A stretch of DNA of 64,000 bases from the NCBI GenBank assembly GCA_013239625.1, contig MU056000.1, positions 13,529,175-13,593,174 of the forward strand, in the 5' to 3' direction. Both the position numbers and the translations under genes were made by a program. This DNA is from Lama guanicoe. Lineage: Eukaryota. The notes beneath the pieces were generated by a model. It saw nothing but the letters and a program-made list of their open reading frames with translations, was not told where the DNA came from and did no database searches. Of this stretch, positions 26,225 to 40,400 are shown in pieces. The stretch's first letter is position 1; every line of letters begins with the position of its first letter.

Positions 26225-26582
26225 TATTTTTATAAATTAAAGTATAACTGACCTAATATTATTTTAGTTTCATGTGTACAACATAGTGATTCAACATTTG
26301 TAACCATTGCGAAGTGATCACCACAATTAGTCTAGTTACCTTGTCACCATGCAAAGTTAACACAATATTATTGACGATATTCCCCACGCTGTACATCACA
26401 TCCCCGTGACTGACTTATTTTGTAACTGGTAAGTTTTCACCTATCAATACCTTTCACGCATTTTGTTTCTTGCCAACCCTTCTCCCTTCGCAGCTGCCTG
26501 TCTGTTCCATAACTCTGAGTTTGGGTTTTGCTTTGTTTTGTTTATTCGTGTTGTTTTTTAGATGCCACATGGAAGTGAAAGC
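26225..26582 (-). mobile_element. L1MA-type (laurasiatherian) 3'UTR fragment
   Basis: tgtgtacaacatagtgattcaacatttg...gtgatcaccacaattagtctagttacc...tttttagatgccacatggaagtga. Confidence 0.8.
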
Positions 26583-29409
26583 TTCCTCTGCCTTTGAACG
26601 CTATTCTTAATAAGATTGTCCCTTTAGCTCTGTGGCTCCTGTGGTTGATCTTTTCCCCCCAAATACTAAGCTTGTTAAAGTCCTTGCCTCCCCTCATTCT
26701 CCTGGGCTAACCTTCAAAAACGCTGTCTTTTAATCTACTGAAACTAGAAAATTCCTCTAGCCATTCAACTTTTATTTTAGCTTGTAAGTCTGATTTCCAT
26801 CCCCCTGTTTGTTTTTCAGTCTTGGTTGTTGCTTTTATTTTTAATATCAGGAAGTAATTTAAATATTTTTGTATTTAACATGCTTTTCTACTTATGTACT
26901 GAGAGGTTTAATTTTGTTTTGGTTTGGTTTTTAGGATACTGTTGTTCTAGAAACAGAACTTTCGCTATTAATTTCCTACCATAGAATATTGAAATAACTA
27001 TAAAATATCAGAGTCAAAATGTCCTCAAAAGCAATTGGAATAAATTTTCGTTTAGTGCCAGAGTTCATCCTATAGTGCCTCTGCCAGATAATTATCTGTC
27101 ATCACTTAGATACCATGAGAGACCTCCTATTCCATGGTGAGATATAAGTCTTTCAATGTTTCAGTATATTAAGGCTTAATTTTCATCCCATCAAGTTGTA
27201 CCTTTAAACCTCCTATTGTCTTTTTGGCTCCATATGAAGTTCCTTCAAATCTGAAGTCAACTTTCATGCCCACAATCCTTCTGGCAAAACATATAAACTT
27301 ACATTTCCAATATAGTGAGCACCTAAGAGAAAGGAGAACAAATCACAAAAATGATGAGGCACGGTTTTGAACTTACCACCAAATTTTTCTTGGGGACCAG
27401 GGACAATCATAAAATTGTTGACTTGAAAAATACTGAAAAAAGCAATACTCTGCATGCTAGAATCATGTTTTAAACATTTTAAAAGCACTTTAAAATAGAT
27501 CTTATGAAAGACAGCCTTTTAAGGAAAATGCAATTAAAAAGAGCATATGACTTATATATTTTGCTAAGATAAGCAAGGCAAGGCTCAGATGCAGCAGTGA
27601 GACTGAGGATCTCCTTGAACATGGATATTCTCCAGGGAAAACTCCTATAGATAGAAATAAAGAACTGTCAGTAGGAGACTCAGGACTGATCCTAATTGAC
27701 ATTTCAGAGCCCAGAAAAAGCTGATTTCTAGCATAACTTTAAGAAAGGCATAGAAACACACAATAACACACGCATGTTTCTCTAGAGGGAAGAGAATAAT
27801 AAAAGAAGGCTATGTCATTTAAACTATATGTGTTATATACATTCAGACATTCATTATAAAATTAATCCTGAGTGTAAGAAGGCACAGATGACAAAACAAA
27901 ACAAAACAAAACCAAAAAAAAAAACAACCAAAAAAACCCCCAGAAAAACCAAGAATCATATTTTAAAAGCTAGAGATTTCTATGATTTAAAAAAAAATAA
28001 TATTCAGACTCAACCTTGCCAATGGATATGGATGGAGTATATGTTGGCTGTCCTTCAAGGTCCTGCCCTTCATTTCCCTAGGTTCAATTTGCTTCAAAAT
28101 AAATTTAAAAGATGGTCCACACACAGTATTTTAAAACATCTATCAAAACGTAATTTAAATTTTTCAGTTGACTTATAAGCTGCTGAGTATGGTACAGTAA
28201 ATTCACAATGCTTTTGTCTTTTATCATCTCAGAGTACTTATTTCTATTGATTTACAAAAATATTTATAGAGAATGCTTTCTTCAAGCACCAGATGTATAC
28301 TAAATTTTTCTCTCCTCCCCCTCTCCCCACACTGTATAACAAATATAAACTATTCTATAGAATGGCAAACATTTTTTAAAACACACTGTGAGAAAATAAA
28401 CTCATAAACAATTTAGTGGATTAATCTGCAGCTTTATTCCCAGAGCATATTTTTTTAATTCAGCTTGTAATCAGAGAATATATGTCCCTTGGAATTAAAC
28501 TTCTCTTTAATGACATCCACAAGATCTGAAATAATCTTCCAGTCTTCTCTTATTTAAATTGCTATAAAGGAATATAACATTGAAAATCAGTTTCATATTG
28601 AACTATTCATACCATAATATAAATGAGACTTCATTGTTGCTGTAGACTATCTCCTAGCAACTGTATCTCTTTATTCTAATTCTCTGTTTTTTTTTTCCTT
28701 CTGGGCTATATCAGCATGGATTTATATATAATGTATCTGAATTTATCTACTTAGTATTTTTATTTATCAGTTGAACTAAATTACAGGTTGTTTTGATAGT
28801 CTGTGTTCATTGCCAGCCTGTTTCCTTGTAAGTTGATAACAAGTAAGAACTTAGTAGTAGAGATTTCATAGTCATAAAGTTTGGGAAAATGTTATTTCTA
28901 CCTTGGAGATTCATAATTCATTTTTAATAAGGACCCTTTCATATGCATATACATTAAAACCTTGTTGAATCCAATGTTTTCTGAATTTATTTGCAATGAA
29001 AAGCAGATTGCTTAGTCCTCTACAATTTTTTGAGCAAACTTGGGAAATGTTGACACATTGTAACTAATAAAAACGTATAAATTAAAGAAACTAACCATTA
29101 AATTACTATATATGATGTATACAAATGTATGTATATATACATACACACATATATAAATATAACTGTTTTAATTAATGGGTTATGAGTTAATGCATATGTA
29201 CAGTGGATTAAGGCAGCAGGAAAGAGAAGTGTACGCTTAGGAGGAGAAAAGAAGACTGAAAATATGGATCAATCCATAAATTGAGACCTTATTTTAGCTA
29301 AAGTTTTTATGTAATTCATTTTCACATGAAAGCCAATGTTCTACAATGAACATACAATAGTAAAAATACACATGTATATTGAAGATAGGGTAACTTGAGT
29401 TTGTCTATC

Positions 29410-29640
29410 AAGCTACATATAATTGATACAGTACACAGAGAGAGAGTTGTTGACGACACCTAACAAAGGACAATTCTTGGACAATGTTTTGGTAACAAAG
29501 GGCATGATCAGGTTGAGGATGCAGGTGGAGGTGCTGGGAGGGAACTGTGAGTATAGATTGACTTACACATCTGGTGGATGGGGACCTGAAGAAATTTTCA
29601 TTTGAGCTTCCCTTTTCTCTGTGAATAAGAAGTTAAATTC
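29410..29640 (-). mobile_element. L2 fragment
   Basis: ggatggggacctgaagaaattttcatttgagcttcccttttctctgtgaataaga. Confidence 0.45.
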
Positions 29641-30480
29641 ATCTACTCATTATGGAGGCAGGGAGGCAGCAACATGGCAGAGTTCTGAGGAGCTTCTGGT
29701 AGATTTTACAATATTCCTGTGTATAACGAAGAAGCAAGCTGTCTGGAGAAGGAAAGTGAGCCCAGAGAGCAGAGATGGCCCAAGCAAGGTTTCCACCATG
29801 AATAATAAAGATCTTAGTCCATCCCCTTGATTTTTTGGCTCCTGCCCGTAGCAGTTTTGGTGCAAACATATGCTTCTGTCACTTCAAGGGACGGACTTTT
29901 GTGCCATGCTAGTGTTCCTGGTTTCTGTTTCTGATTTACCTATAAGATGCTGATCAAATTTATTCTGTGAAGGAAAATAACTTCATACTTAGAAATTGAG
30001 TCAAGTTAGTTATTTATAGCATTCTCCCACTTTTGAATCTTGATTAGGAAAATGTCTATTTCTTGAATAAGCATGCGTATTCTTAGTGGATAGATATAAA
30101 TTTAAAAGTTTGTACGCTTGAAATTCACTTCCCAGACCAGTTGTCTTTAAACTTGATGTAAAAAAGAAATTAGTCATTGGTAAAAATCTGTCTGAGCAAG
30201 ACCAGGAAGCATTTGAAGAAGTGACTATAATTCAAACATCTTTGACATTTTTTTCAGATCTGTTAGGGTATTTATGCATTCATGTCCACTATGAAGGTAG
30301 TCAACTGAAAGAAAGCTTCCTTTGATCTTTAAAAGGTATCAGATAGCTTCAACTAGTCTTCACTTAAGCTATTTTGGTGTCAGTGGGCTTGGGGTCCAAT
30401 AACTTCCAGAATTTTCTTGAGGGTAACACTTGGCTCCAATAACCTTGCAAAGTTAGTTCCCAGTAAATCTGCTACCAAAG

Positions 30481-30670
30481 TAGTTTTGCCAGATGAAATA
30501 GAGGATCCACAATTAAATTGGGATTTCAAATAAATAATGAAATTTATTGTATAAGTATGCCTTATGTAGTATTTGAACCATACTTATGCTAAAAAAATGA
30601 TGCACTGTTTATCTGAAATGCCAATTTGACTGTCCTGTATTTTTATTTTGGTAAATTTGTGAACACTCTA
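30481..30670 (-). mobile_element. MER53 MITE, second more diverged copy
   Basis: ttgccagatgaaata...tataagtatg...catacttatgctaaaaa...tgtttatctgaaat...gtcctgtatttttt. Confidence 0.8.
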
Positions 30671-30774
30671 CCAGAGCCATGCTCATTATACTATAGATTA
30701 TTTATAATTGGGTTTCAGTAGATAAACACGTGTGCGGATTGTAACTGTCCTTTATGTGAATCATCAGTTTACTC

Positions 30775-31030
30775 ACTGTGGGGCCTGTCAATACCCTGCC
30801 TACATTCCTCCAACATACCCCTCTGCGTGACAAAAGCTTTTGCCTCCAAACACCTACTCTGTCCACCAAAGGGCTTTTATATGTGACCATAGTAACCCTC
30901 TTAGTGCTGGGTAAGCCAGAGATGTGTGCGTTCGAGTGCGTGATAGTGTGTGTATGTTAGTGATGGCTCTGGAGAGAGCCCTTGATCCATGATGGACACA
31001 GAGTTGGTAGACCAATAACTCAGCCTCCCT
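30775..31030 (+). mobile_element. LTR16-like ERVL LTR fragment
   Basis: ctgcgtgacaaaagcttttgcctccaaac...ctggagagagcccttgatccatgatggaca...ataactcagcctccct. Confidence 0.45.
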
Positions 31031-31274
31031 GCTCCACTTGTCTGTTGTGGCCTCTGTGCCTACTTGTGTTTTTCTCATCTTCTTTTACTGATCTCACTTA
31101 CTCCCTACTGAAGTGATGCTCTCTGAAATTTCAAGAACGAATAACCTCATTCAAAGGTTTGCTCTCAAACCCTTATTTTAGGAATTCGTCTGTGAAAATC
31201 CAGACCATATATAATAATTTTTAAAAATCCTTAATATGGTTAGTTTTGAATTTCTCTACTGAGCGGTCTTCCAG

Positions 31275-31462
31275 AATAATGGCTCCCATCTTGCCTGAGA
31301 GTTAAGACCTGGGAAACTTGTAAAGATGAAGATTCCTGTTCTTGTGTTAGATTTCCTGAATTAAAACCAATGGGAGGGACTCAAACTCATGCATGAGATC
31401 CACTCCCCTCTCCAAATGACTTTTACATGGTTAACCCAGCATCAGGATTTACAGCCACAGCT
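31275..31462. mobile_element. MER5-like hAT-Charlie fragment
   Basis: acctgggaaacttgtaaagatgaagattcctg...ctctccaaatgacttttacat. Confidence 0.5.
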
Positions 31463-31554
31463 CTGAGACCTGTTCTCATTAGAATGAGAGTCTCTATAAA
31501 CCTCTATTGATCAGCTTATGCAGAAAGTAACCTAACACTGTTCTCAAGAACAGG

Positions 31555-31680
31555 ATAATAGCTTTGGCTCTGACACTTGCTGTGCAATCTTGTGTAAATG
31601 TATAATCTCTTTAGGGTTACATTTCCTTATCTATAAAATTTATACTGTACTCATACCATGCAATATCCCGAAGTTACTAT
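31555..31680 (+). mobile_element. MIR fragment
   Basis: ggctctgacacttgctgtgcaatcttg...atttccttatctataaaat. Confidence 0.6.
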
Positions 31681-33224
31681 TGTAGTTAAACTGTTTTTAT
31701 TCTCAACATTTTTCCTTCGTGTTATAATCATGGCTGTGTGGGTTTAAGTGACCGAGAAAAGTAAGTATGTAATTAACCATCCCCCCTTTCAGAAGGGACA
31801 ATTTATGTCTGAAGGAATTTTATGTTAATCACAGATCAAATCTTAGAAAAAATTACCGTCTATTTGGTTGTACTTTCTATTCTAAATTGTTCCTCAGTTC
31901 TGCCATGATTGTTTTTCTCTAAACCTTGACCTTAAGGTTTTTAGGTTTTATATGTGCATATTTACATATATTCATATTTATATACACACATACATTGTGT
32001 GATGTGTGAGTTGATTACATTATTGAATTTCATCAATTATGGCTAAGACTTTGCACATAAAATCATTAATTACAAGGCCTACTGACACCTTGTATTATTT
32101 GTAGTTTCACACTTCTATTTGGAGCTAATCCTTTACTATGACATCGTCATCCTTATTAATATTGATTTACATTCATACGGGATATCACAGTATTTTTTTA
32201 GTTGGTCTTTACCTTCTTTTCTTATGCTTTTGCTTACAAGGTAAGACCAGAGAAAATAGATATTTCATATGCCTCTTCCATTAAACAAATTCCAACAGGC
32301 GTTGCAGGAAATGTGATCTGCACTTTCAGCTTGAAAATTATTTTAGAAAATGATTAAATCTTTAGTGCCAAATTCTTCCCCAGATGTGCATCATTGAAAT
32401 TATCATTATCAAGGGAGCTCTATGTAATGTGCTTGCTTATTACAGAAGTACGTAAATCAGATTACAGGTGGAAGATTTTTAAATACTTCTATATTATAAT
32501 TTATTACATAAATTATAATTTTATTATGATTAATTTAAATATGACAGAGGTAGTACTTTACAATGTTTCAAGAGCAGTGAAAGAAAACAAATATAACTTT
32601 TTTATGCTTGTTGAAAATACCTGAATTCTTTCAAAACTCAAAATTGTTAAAGAAGGACGAGTCCTTACCATCCATCTGATGTTAAAATTTTTAAAAAATT
32701 ATAGAAATCAAATAAACTATTTAAAAGCAGTTTTCTCCACTTTTTTTTAAGCAGGTCTCTTAGGGATTTACTTTCTTAAACAACATGCTACCTTTTTCAA
32801 AAAGAAAAATCCATGACTTAAAGTGTCAAACAAAAGAGTTAGAAAATATGATTCTTACTAATTCTGAGATTATTTCTTTTTTTCTCGGTTTTGTACATCA
32901 CTTTGAAGTGCTGTGTGATTGTATGCTAATTTTGAGTATTATTATCAGCTGTGTGATTTTTGACTCCCACAGGGAAAAACTAAGAGCAAATTCATGAGGG
33001 ACTAACATAAGCTTATGATTCTCTCTGGATGGCTCTAATATTCTGCACACATAAGAAGAGCAACTTCAGTTTCGTGAGCTTTTCTGTGACTTTCTGACCT
33101 TAAGCATATCCTGTAAACCAGGGAATTCTGATCTGTGCCTTCTTTTGCCATCTGCCAACCCATGATACCGTATCCCTCCAGCCCAACAGAGTATTAAACA
33201 TTTCTTTTCTTAAGAAACACAAAC

Positions 33225-33335
33225 GATTATTCTGTTACACAGATGGGAAAACTAAGGTCTAGGAAAGCTGAGTTGCTTCATCAATGTTATAAAGAATATC
33301 AATTTTCAGAATTAAGGGAAGGATCCGGGCTATGT
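33225..33335 (-). mobile_element. MIR fragment
   Basis: acagatgggaaaactaaggtctaggaaagctgagttgctt. Confidence 0.6.
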
Positions 33336-34339
33336 ACATCCTTTCAATTATCAATCTAATGTTGTCAGTAAAATAGAAGGGGTTCAAGATTTTATAAAGT
33401 CCTTTGAGAATAAAAGCTATTTAGACAGTGTTGTGTGTTCATGTTTGTGCTCAGTAATAAATTCACTGTGAACTTTAGAAAACATATATTGCAACATCAT
33501 TTCCCAGGAAGCTGCTGAACAGAGCATAATGGTCCCTGAATTAGAATATAGATCACTTCCATTCAGTTCCTAACTCCTTTTTCATTAATAAAATAAACTT
33601 TGTAATTTTATAAACCTCTATCAACACCACAAAGTGGCTATGCATATGAAAACAAACCATATGCTTGGAAATTTATGGAAAAGTTCAAATTATTCATTTA
33701 TATTTTTATGTCAATTGCATTCAATTTCTTTTCTTTGTAGTTCTTTTGGCTTTGTGTTCGTTTCCTCTAATTAGATGTTGGGATGATACCAACTAAAGGC
33801 TCATTCCAATGCTAAGAGAAATGATTGCTTTTCCTGTTGATACCAGATGAAGAACTCTCACAGCTGCACAAGAAAAAAATTAATCATGCATCTTTCCTTT
33901 TGTTGCATCGTACATATAAGTTAGTTAGGTCATTTCCTGTAACTCAACAGACACTACTGTGCATTACAGTCTTAATCAGAGAAGAAAGAAGAGAAGAATG
34001 AGCAGCCGAAGGGTTTGATGGAGCATAAGTATGTCAGACTCTTCAACTCTGAAAACAGAGTCTTAGTCTGTGAACTTGACATTCTCAGGCATGTGTGAGT
34101 AAAGAACATGCAGTGAAATTAAAAAATGGAGGAATAATTGTATTCTGTTAATTCTTATTTTGTGGTTGTCTTTATTCCTTTGATAACTATGTCAGTTTAA
34201 ATAGCTAAAGCTCTAATCTGTCCTTAGAAACAATAATCAGTGTATATATATACATATAAATAAACTAAAAAAAAAGTGCAGTATACTGTATATATGTATT
34301 TACATGCAATATAATGTATATGTGCAGTTGAACTGTAAT

Positions 34340-34640
34340 AATTTTAGTAATAAAACTGAAAAAGGAAAAATAGAAAAAAGAAATTATAGTAACTATATAA
34401 GACACATAATTAAATAAACATAGGTATGTCCATGTGCATGGGTTGAATCACTGTATTTTAAAGATATTAATTCTGCTTCAGTGATCTGTAGTTTCAATTC
34501 AATGTCAATCAAAATTACTTCATTTTTATTTTGTAAAATTTGACATCTTGATTCAAAAATGTGTATGAAAGATTTCTAATAAAACCAAAACATATTTAAA
34601 TAAGTAAAAAAAAACTGGTGGAATAGATATTTCTTATAGC
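34340..34640 (+). mobile_element. Old L1M ORF2 fragment
   Basis: ccatgtgcatgggttgaatcactgtattttaaagatattaattct...aatttgacatcttgattcaaaaat. Confidence 0.65.
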
Positions 34641-35984
34641 CGAAATGTGGAGTATTTTAAATAAAGAGTGTAGGTATGATTCCAAAATAAATTTAGGGAG
34701 GTAACATCCTAGAGAAGACTATTTGATGTAATGGGCACGAAGGAAGTGCCTTGACTAGTAAAGTGGAAAGAGGGATGGAAAAGAAAGCATCAAACCATCT
34801 AACACATGCATGAATATAGGAATAAATGAATAAAGGAGTGCACAGTGGAAAAAAAGAGGAGATTTATTCTTTCCTCTATCATATTATTAATTATCAGAAG
34901 GGTTGTAAGCAGGACTGAGAACTTTAAATAGTCAAGAGACCTGAGAATGTTCCCTAACACAGACTGATGTGTGTGAGAACATTGTGATGCATTTTTAAAA
35001 GTACAGAATTTGGGGGGCTCATGTTTATCTAGTAGTACTCTGATGTAACCCCAGGTTAAATCATACTCTCTCCTGTGGGCTTGAAAGAGAGATGAAAAGA
35101 AACAGTTTCACTTCGGCTCTCTAAGAGGACTGGTTTGCATTTTCCTACTTTAGTATATGGTCTAATGAGGGGCTGGTAGAACAGAGAGAAATTTACTGCT
35201 AAATCCCTTTCGTAAGTTTTGCTTTTTTGCTGCCCAGAATAAATATGATGAAGAGAGTTATACTCCAAGCTACACTACGCCAGAATTTCTTGAATTAGCA
35301 ACAGGCTATAGATTACATTAATTAATCTATACTGACCCAACAGAGAAGCAATAGAGCAATAATATCAAATAATAGTATTGTTATTATTAATATTTCTATA
35401 AAACGTGCTCATTGCACATATTAAATCACATTCTTTGAGTTAACTAGTTTGTGCAAATCACTTGTCCTTACCAGATTGACCAAGTGTAGCAATTACAAAA
35501 AACAAAACAAAACAAAACAAAAAAAACAGCTAGTGTTGTGCTCTAGTTCCTGGTCATCTGTAGTTCATTTCAACATCACATTTTAAGAATTCTCCTGAGA
35601 GAACATATTTTAACTAGTCCTATGTATGTATGTGTGTGTGATTGCGTGTGTGTATTAGTAAAGATAAAACTAAGGAATATCTCATTATCAATATTGCATA
35701 TTCTGTACGATTAGAAAGGCTTGGACACATGGTGATTTTTCAAAAACCTGCTTCTAGAAAACCAAAGGATCTTTTTCCCTCACATAATAGTTTATGGTAT
35801 TTTTAATGGATTGTAGTCAATTAGCCTGATCTGACTTATTTTTATGTAAAAGTATTATGAATCATTAGTAGAAGTGGAAACATATAAAATAACTAAATTC
35901 ACAAAATTTCATTTAAGCCTTGCCTTTGGAGATAAAGTATTTCTAAACCTGCATAAAATCGGCTTTATTTCAATTTGTCTTAGA

Positions 35985-36180
35985 TGCACAGCTAAGAAGA
36001 AATGCTTTGGCCTAAGACTTCAGTCTGAAACATTGTCCTCTTAGCCAACTATTCCGTATTTGTAAAATACAAGATGAGAAATCACACCATAAACACTCTG
36101 AAGATTAAATGAGATGACTTACTTATAGGATATGGTGGTGACACCTGTTATTAAATTCCAACAAATGAATAATTATTGTA
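35985..36180 (+). mobile_element. MIR fragment
   Basis: ttccgtatttgtaaaat...gaagattaaatgagatga. Confidence 0.5.
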
Positions 36181-36877
36181 TGAAATATCTGAATATTAAC
36201 TCAGGGGATTGAAGTTTGGGCTATTTTTATTAAAGCTCTTTCATGTTAGATTTTATGCAAATACTAAAGACACTGAAGTATAAAAATGTTTCCACTGACC
36301 TTAGCAGGATTCTTGGCCCTTAAATATTCCTCCTCAGTAGTCTTGCTAAATTCAATTTGACCAACTAGCTGATGCTGAAACTACAGCCTTGGTCCATCAG
36401 ATCCCATATAGGAATACCTGCGTTCTCTGTTCCTTTGGAAATCTGAACAGTTAAAACTGAGCTTTAACTGAGCTTCCCCAATCTAACATATAACTTCTTT
36501 GGGCTTTGTGGACTATCATTTGGAGCTCTCCTCGTGCTGTAATATTTTTAATGAAGGCTTGAATGATTGACTTCCACACGTGTTAATAAGTCCTCTTTTG
36601 TCACGTTTCCCAGGACAGCATTCTTCTAACTATCCAGCTGTAAGTTTTCTGGGGTAACAAATTTGAGAAACTCAAGTTATATCAGAGAGAGCCTAACTCC
36701 CTTAATGTACAGTAGGCCAACCGCGGACTTCCGAAAGATGCAGTGAGGAAAAGTGAATCTGTCTATTACTCTAGATTTTAATGGATTGAAATTCCTTGAC
36801 GCCTTCGTCATTCATTATCTGAATGATAGAGACACCCTTCACATCAGGAGAGAGACACTGGTCTCTCCTCCTCTGCA

Positions 36878-37038
36878 ATGGTGGTTCTCAGACATTAGCC
36901 TGCATCCAAATCAGCTGGAGGGTACTCAAGACCTTTTGGTTTGGTATTTCTAGGGTTGAACCTAAGAACTGACATCTATAGTCAGTTCCCAGGTGATGGT
37001 GACACTGATATTGCAGGGAACACACTCAGAACCACTGC
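36878..37038. mobile_element. MER5A hAT-Charlie MITE
   Basis: Terminal inverted motifs gtggttctca and agaaccactg; internal ttcccaggtgatg. Confidence 0.8.
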
Positions 37039-37124
37039 CCTCATTTAGATTTTGCTCCAGAGGAATGTTGAAGTAAACTGTAGGACTATTCGAATTTTCT
37101 CTTTTCTGTGTATGTTCCTGAACC

Positions 37125-37465
37125 ATTTTATTGGGGGTATGGCTGACACACAAAAGACGGTACATATTTAATGTACACATTGTGATGAATTTGAAGAGAC
37201 GTATGCACCTGTGAAACCATTACCACAATCCATACCATAAATATCCATCACCTCCAAAGTTTCTTCTCACTCTCGTTATTTCTTCTGCTTTCTTCCTCTT
37301 CTCTTCCCTTCTCCTCCCATTATTATTTTATTATTATTACTCTTAATATAACATCTACTCTCACAGGAAAAGTTTAAGTATACAATATAGTAACATTTAA
37401 AGTACAGACATTGTGCTGCACAGTAGGTCTCCTAGGGCTTACTTTTCTTCTGTAATTGAAACTTC
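37125..37465 (-). mobile_element. L1MA/MB 3'-end fragment
   Basis: gtacatatttaatgtacac...gcacctgtgaaaccattaccacaatc...tttaagtatacaata. Confidence 0.75.
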
Positions 37466-40400
37466 ACCATTTTTGCTCCTTTTCAGGAAGATTAGTTCAA
37501 TAAAAAATTGGTATTATGTTCCTATTCTACGCTGGGGCAATAGTTGAAAGATTAACACTTAGGTGACCTGTTCACCCAGGGGAAGGAAAAAAAAAAACAG
37601 GTATTTTGAATAGATATTAATTACTTGAATTTACCCACCTTATTATAAGATAGTAAAGAGGGTTTTTAAGTTATATGATAATAATTGTTTTTGTGATGTG
37701 ATTTGACATAGATGTATCTTGATTTTATATGTATGTACTATTTTTTTTTTTTAGCTCAAAAGCCCACTAATTATTTCAAACTCACTATCAGGTAAATGCT
37801 GACAAAAGTGAAATCATGTTATTTTCAGAGGGCAAACTAATGCTGATTTTTATAATGTAAGACTAAGTTAGTTAAATAAGTTAGGTTTTAAATATAATCA
37901 AGCCCTAAACTGAGTAAGTCGTGTATCTGACGTGGGGTCATTTTCTTGATATTTAAATAATTCCTGGGTCACTTAAGATAATTTGTGTTATAATACATTT
38001 TTGTGTATCTGCTTTTAAAATAACCTCTTTGAAAGTGCATTTACATTATTTTACATGAAACATGCAGATGCAGCTATCATTAGCTAAATGAGGCTGTTTC
38101 TCTCATCTTGGGAGTACGTAGCTACGTGTTCTTAATGAAAAGTTAGTCATGTATTTTACATGAGCTTGAGAAGCTATTGCCTGTTCCTTACACACCTCGA
38201 TTTGTTCTTAAAGACAAAAACATAGCCTTTATTCTCATGAACATTTAATAAGCCAAACATCTATGAGTACATTATTTAGTTTAGTTTTCTTGCCCTGTTA
38301 TACACAATATGAATATTCTATTTCCTAATGGATTTCATGCCAACCTTTCTATCAGACGATACGCGTGGTGGTCCTGGAGCTATTAAACTGTGAAAATCAA
38401 CACAGTACTTCTCAAAATATTGTAAATAGAAGGCTCTCCAGGACCTTCCTATTTTACTGGAAAAAACAAAACAAAACACCAAGATGCAGAGAGAGGACGT
38501 AATGGATTTGCTCAAGACCACACCCCCATAGTGATGCTTATACCAGATCCTAATGCTGCCACCTTAGGCTTTTTCCCGATTCTCTCCACAGCCTATGATG
38601 GAACTATATATTTTTTACCTAAGAAAATACATGTAGTTCTGTTAGATGGCAACAAACAAACAAGAAACCACAAGTGTTTTTTGCCACTCTATCCTGTAGA
38701 GTGGAATAATAATATGCGTGATAATGTTAATGATGTATAAACTGTCACCCTATGCACCATTGCACAGAAATTTTGTAAATGCATCAAAGTTTTGACTAGA
38801 CCAAAAACAGAACCATTTAAATTCCAAAGAGAACAATCATTATTCTATTTTGCAAACATGTTCAAAAGAAATTGTGTTATTATTGTGTGAGTACATCCAA
38901 AGAGAAGCTCAACATACTTTTTGTCATGGAATCTATTATTTATTAAGCAAGGATGAAGTTCCTTGCCTCTTAGTCAATTCTCACATTTGCCCTACACGGA
39001 ATATTAGAATAACCTAAATGTAACTCTCCCTACACCCCGTAGCTGGTAAAGTGTGAAAGTGAAATTGGTACCCAGGTACCCAGGCCTGCCTGCCTCAAAG
39101 CCACATTTTATTATTGTTCTTATTTTTATTATCCTTATTATTATTATTATTCTATGCAAGTGTTTCTGTATGGACTTCCCAATCTGGAGAACTGATTAGA
39201 AGAATTAAACTTCAGAATGCAGAGTACATTTAACAACCTTTTCTATCCTATCAAGACACAGACTTTAAAGGGTTAGCTAGACATGGTTAATATTTGAAAA
39301 GCAATTCATGTCTAAAATTATTTTTTGTACATTTTGTGTATTCTCCAGGAGATCAAATATTCTTCACGTAATCTGATGTGTATTATCCACACACATAAGT
39401 CTTTGGTGTGACTTTGTCACCAACCAGGATAATAAATATTTCTCTCCTATCACTTGCAGATATCATTACATGAAAATTATAGTAGTTATTAGACCGACCA
39501 CCAAATCTGATTATTCTATACAGAATATTACTAAGTATTTTACTTAAAAGAAAATGCAACTTCTCAGTTAGTCAATAAAACCAATTAAAAGCTGTTTTCT
39601 CACCCAAGTTTGAAGGAACTTTGAGTTTTATCTGTAAAACTCAAGCTGGTCTGTGGCTTACAAATAAAGGACTCCTGAAACAATGGAAATTACACTATCA
39701 CGGAAAACATAATGTAGAGGTTATAACTGTATAACTTTGAGGTTCTTCTTAGACTAAGAATCCAAAAAGACTGGTTGTGATTTATTTTTCTTTATAATTA
39801 TACATAAAATAGAAAAATTCCATCATACAAAACCATTTTTAAAATAATGTTGAAAAGCATAAAAGCAAACTATCAAAAAACTCTTCAAAATAATTTCTTT
39901 GGAACTTCTGAAACATTTCTGAATCAAGATGACAAAATAGATTTAATATTTAAAATCTTAAAAAAATCCAAAAAGAAAATCTGGAACATACATAACATCA
40001 ATTTTATAAAGGGGGCATATGTTCCTGAACCAGATTCAGAGTCGAGGTCTTATCTTTTTCATAGCAGCGTATTATTCATGAGCTCAGGAAAGCGCTGGCT
40101 CTGCCATGGACCTATCCCTTCTGATATATTAAGAATATTGACCTGAGTCTGTATTGGGAACATTCAGGTTCACATGCGTGTCCTGGTATGTGCTGTGCAG
40201 GAAATAAATACATAATTAGTCTCTTGCACTATATGTACTCAGCAAACTATTAAAATCTCATTCATTTTTTTCTTCACATACATCTGGAAATACAAAATTT
40301 AGATTTAATATACAATGACATGTACCATTCTTTGATGAACTTTCTTAAAATGGTTTATCAGTCTTCTATCTTGAAACATTACTTTTTTCATTTTATATTT

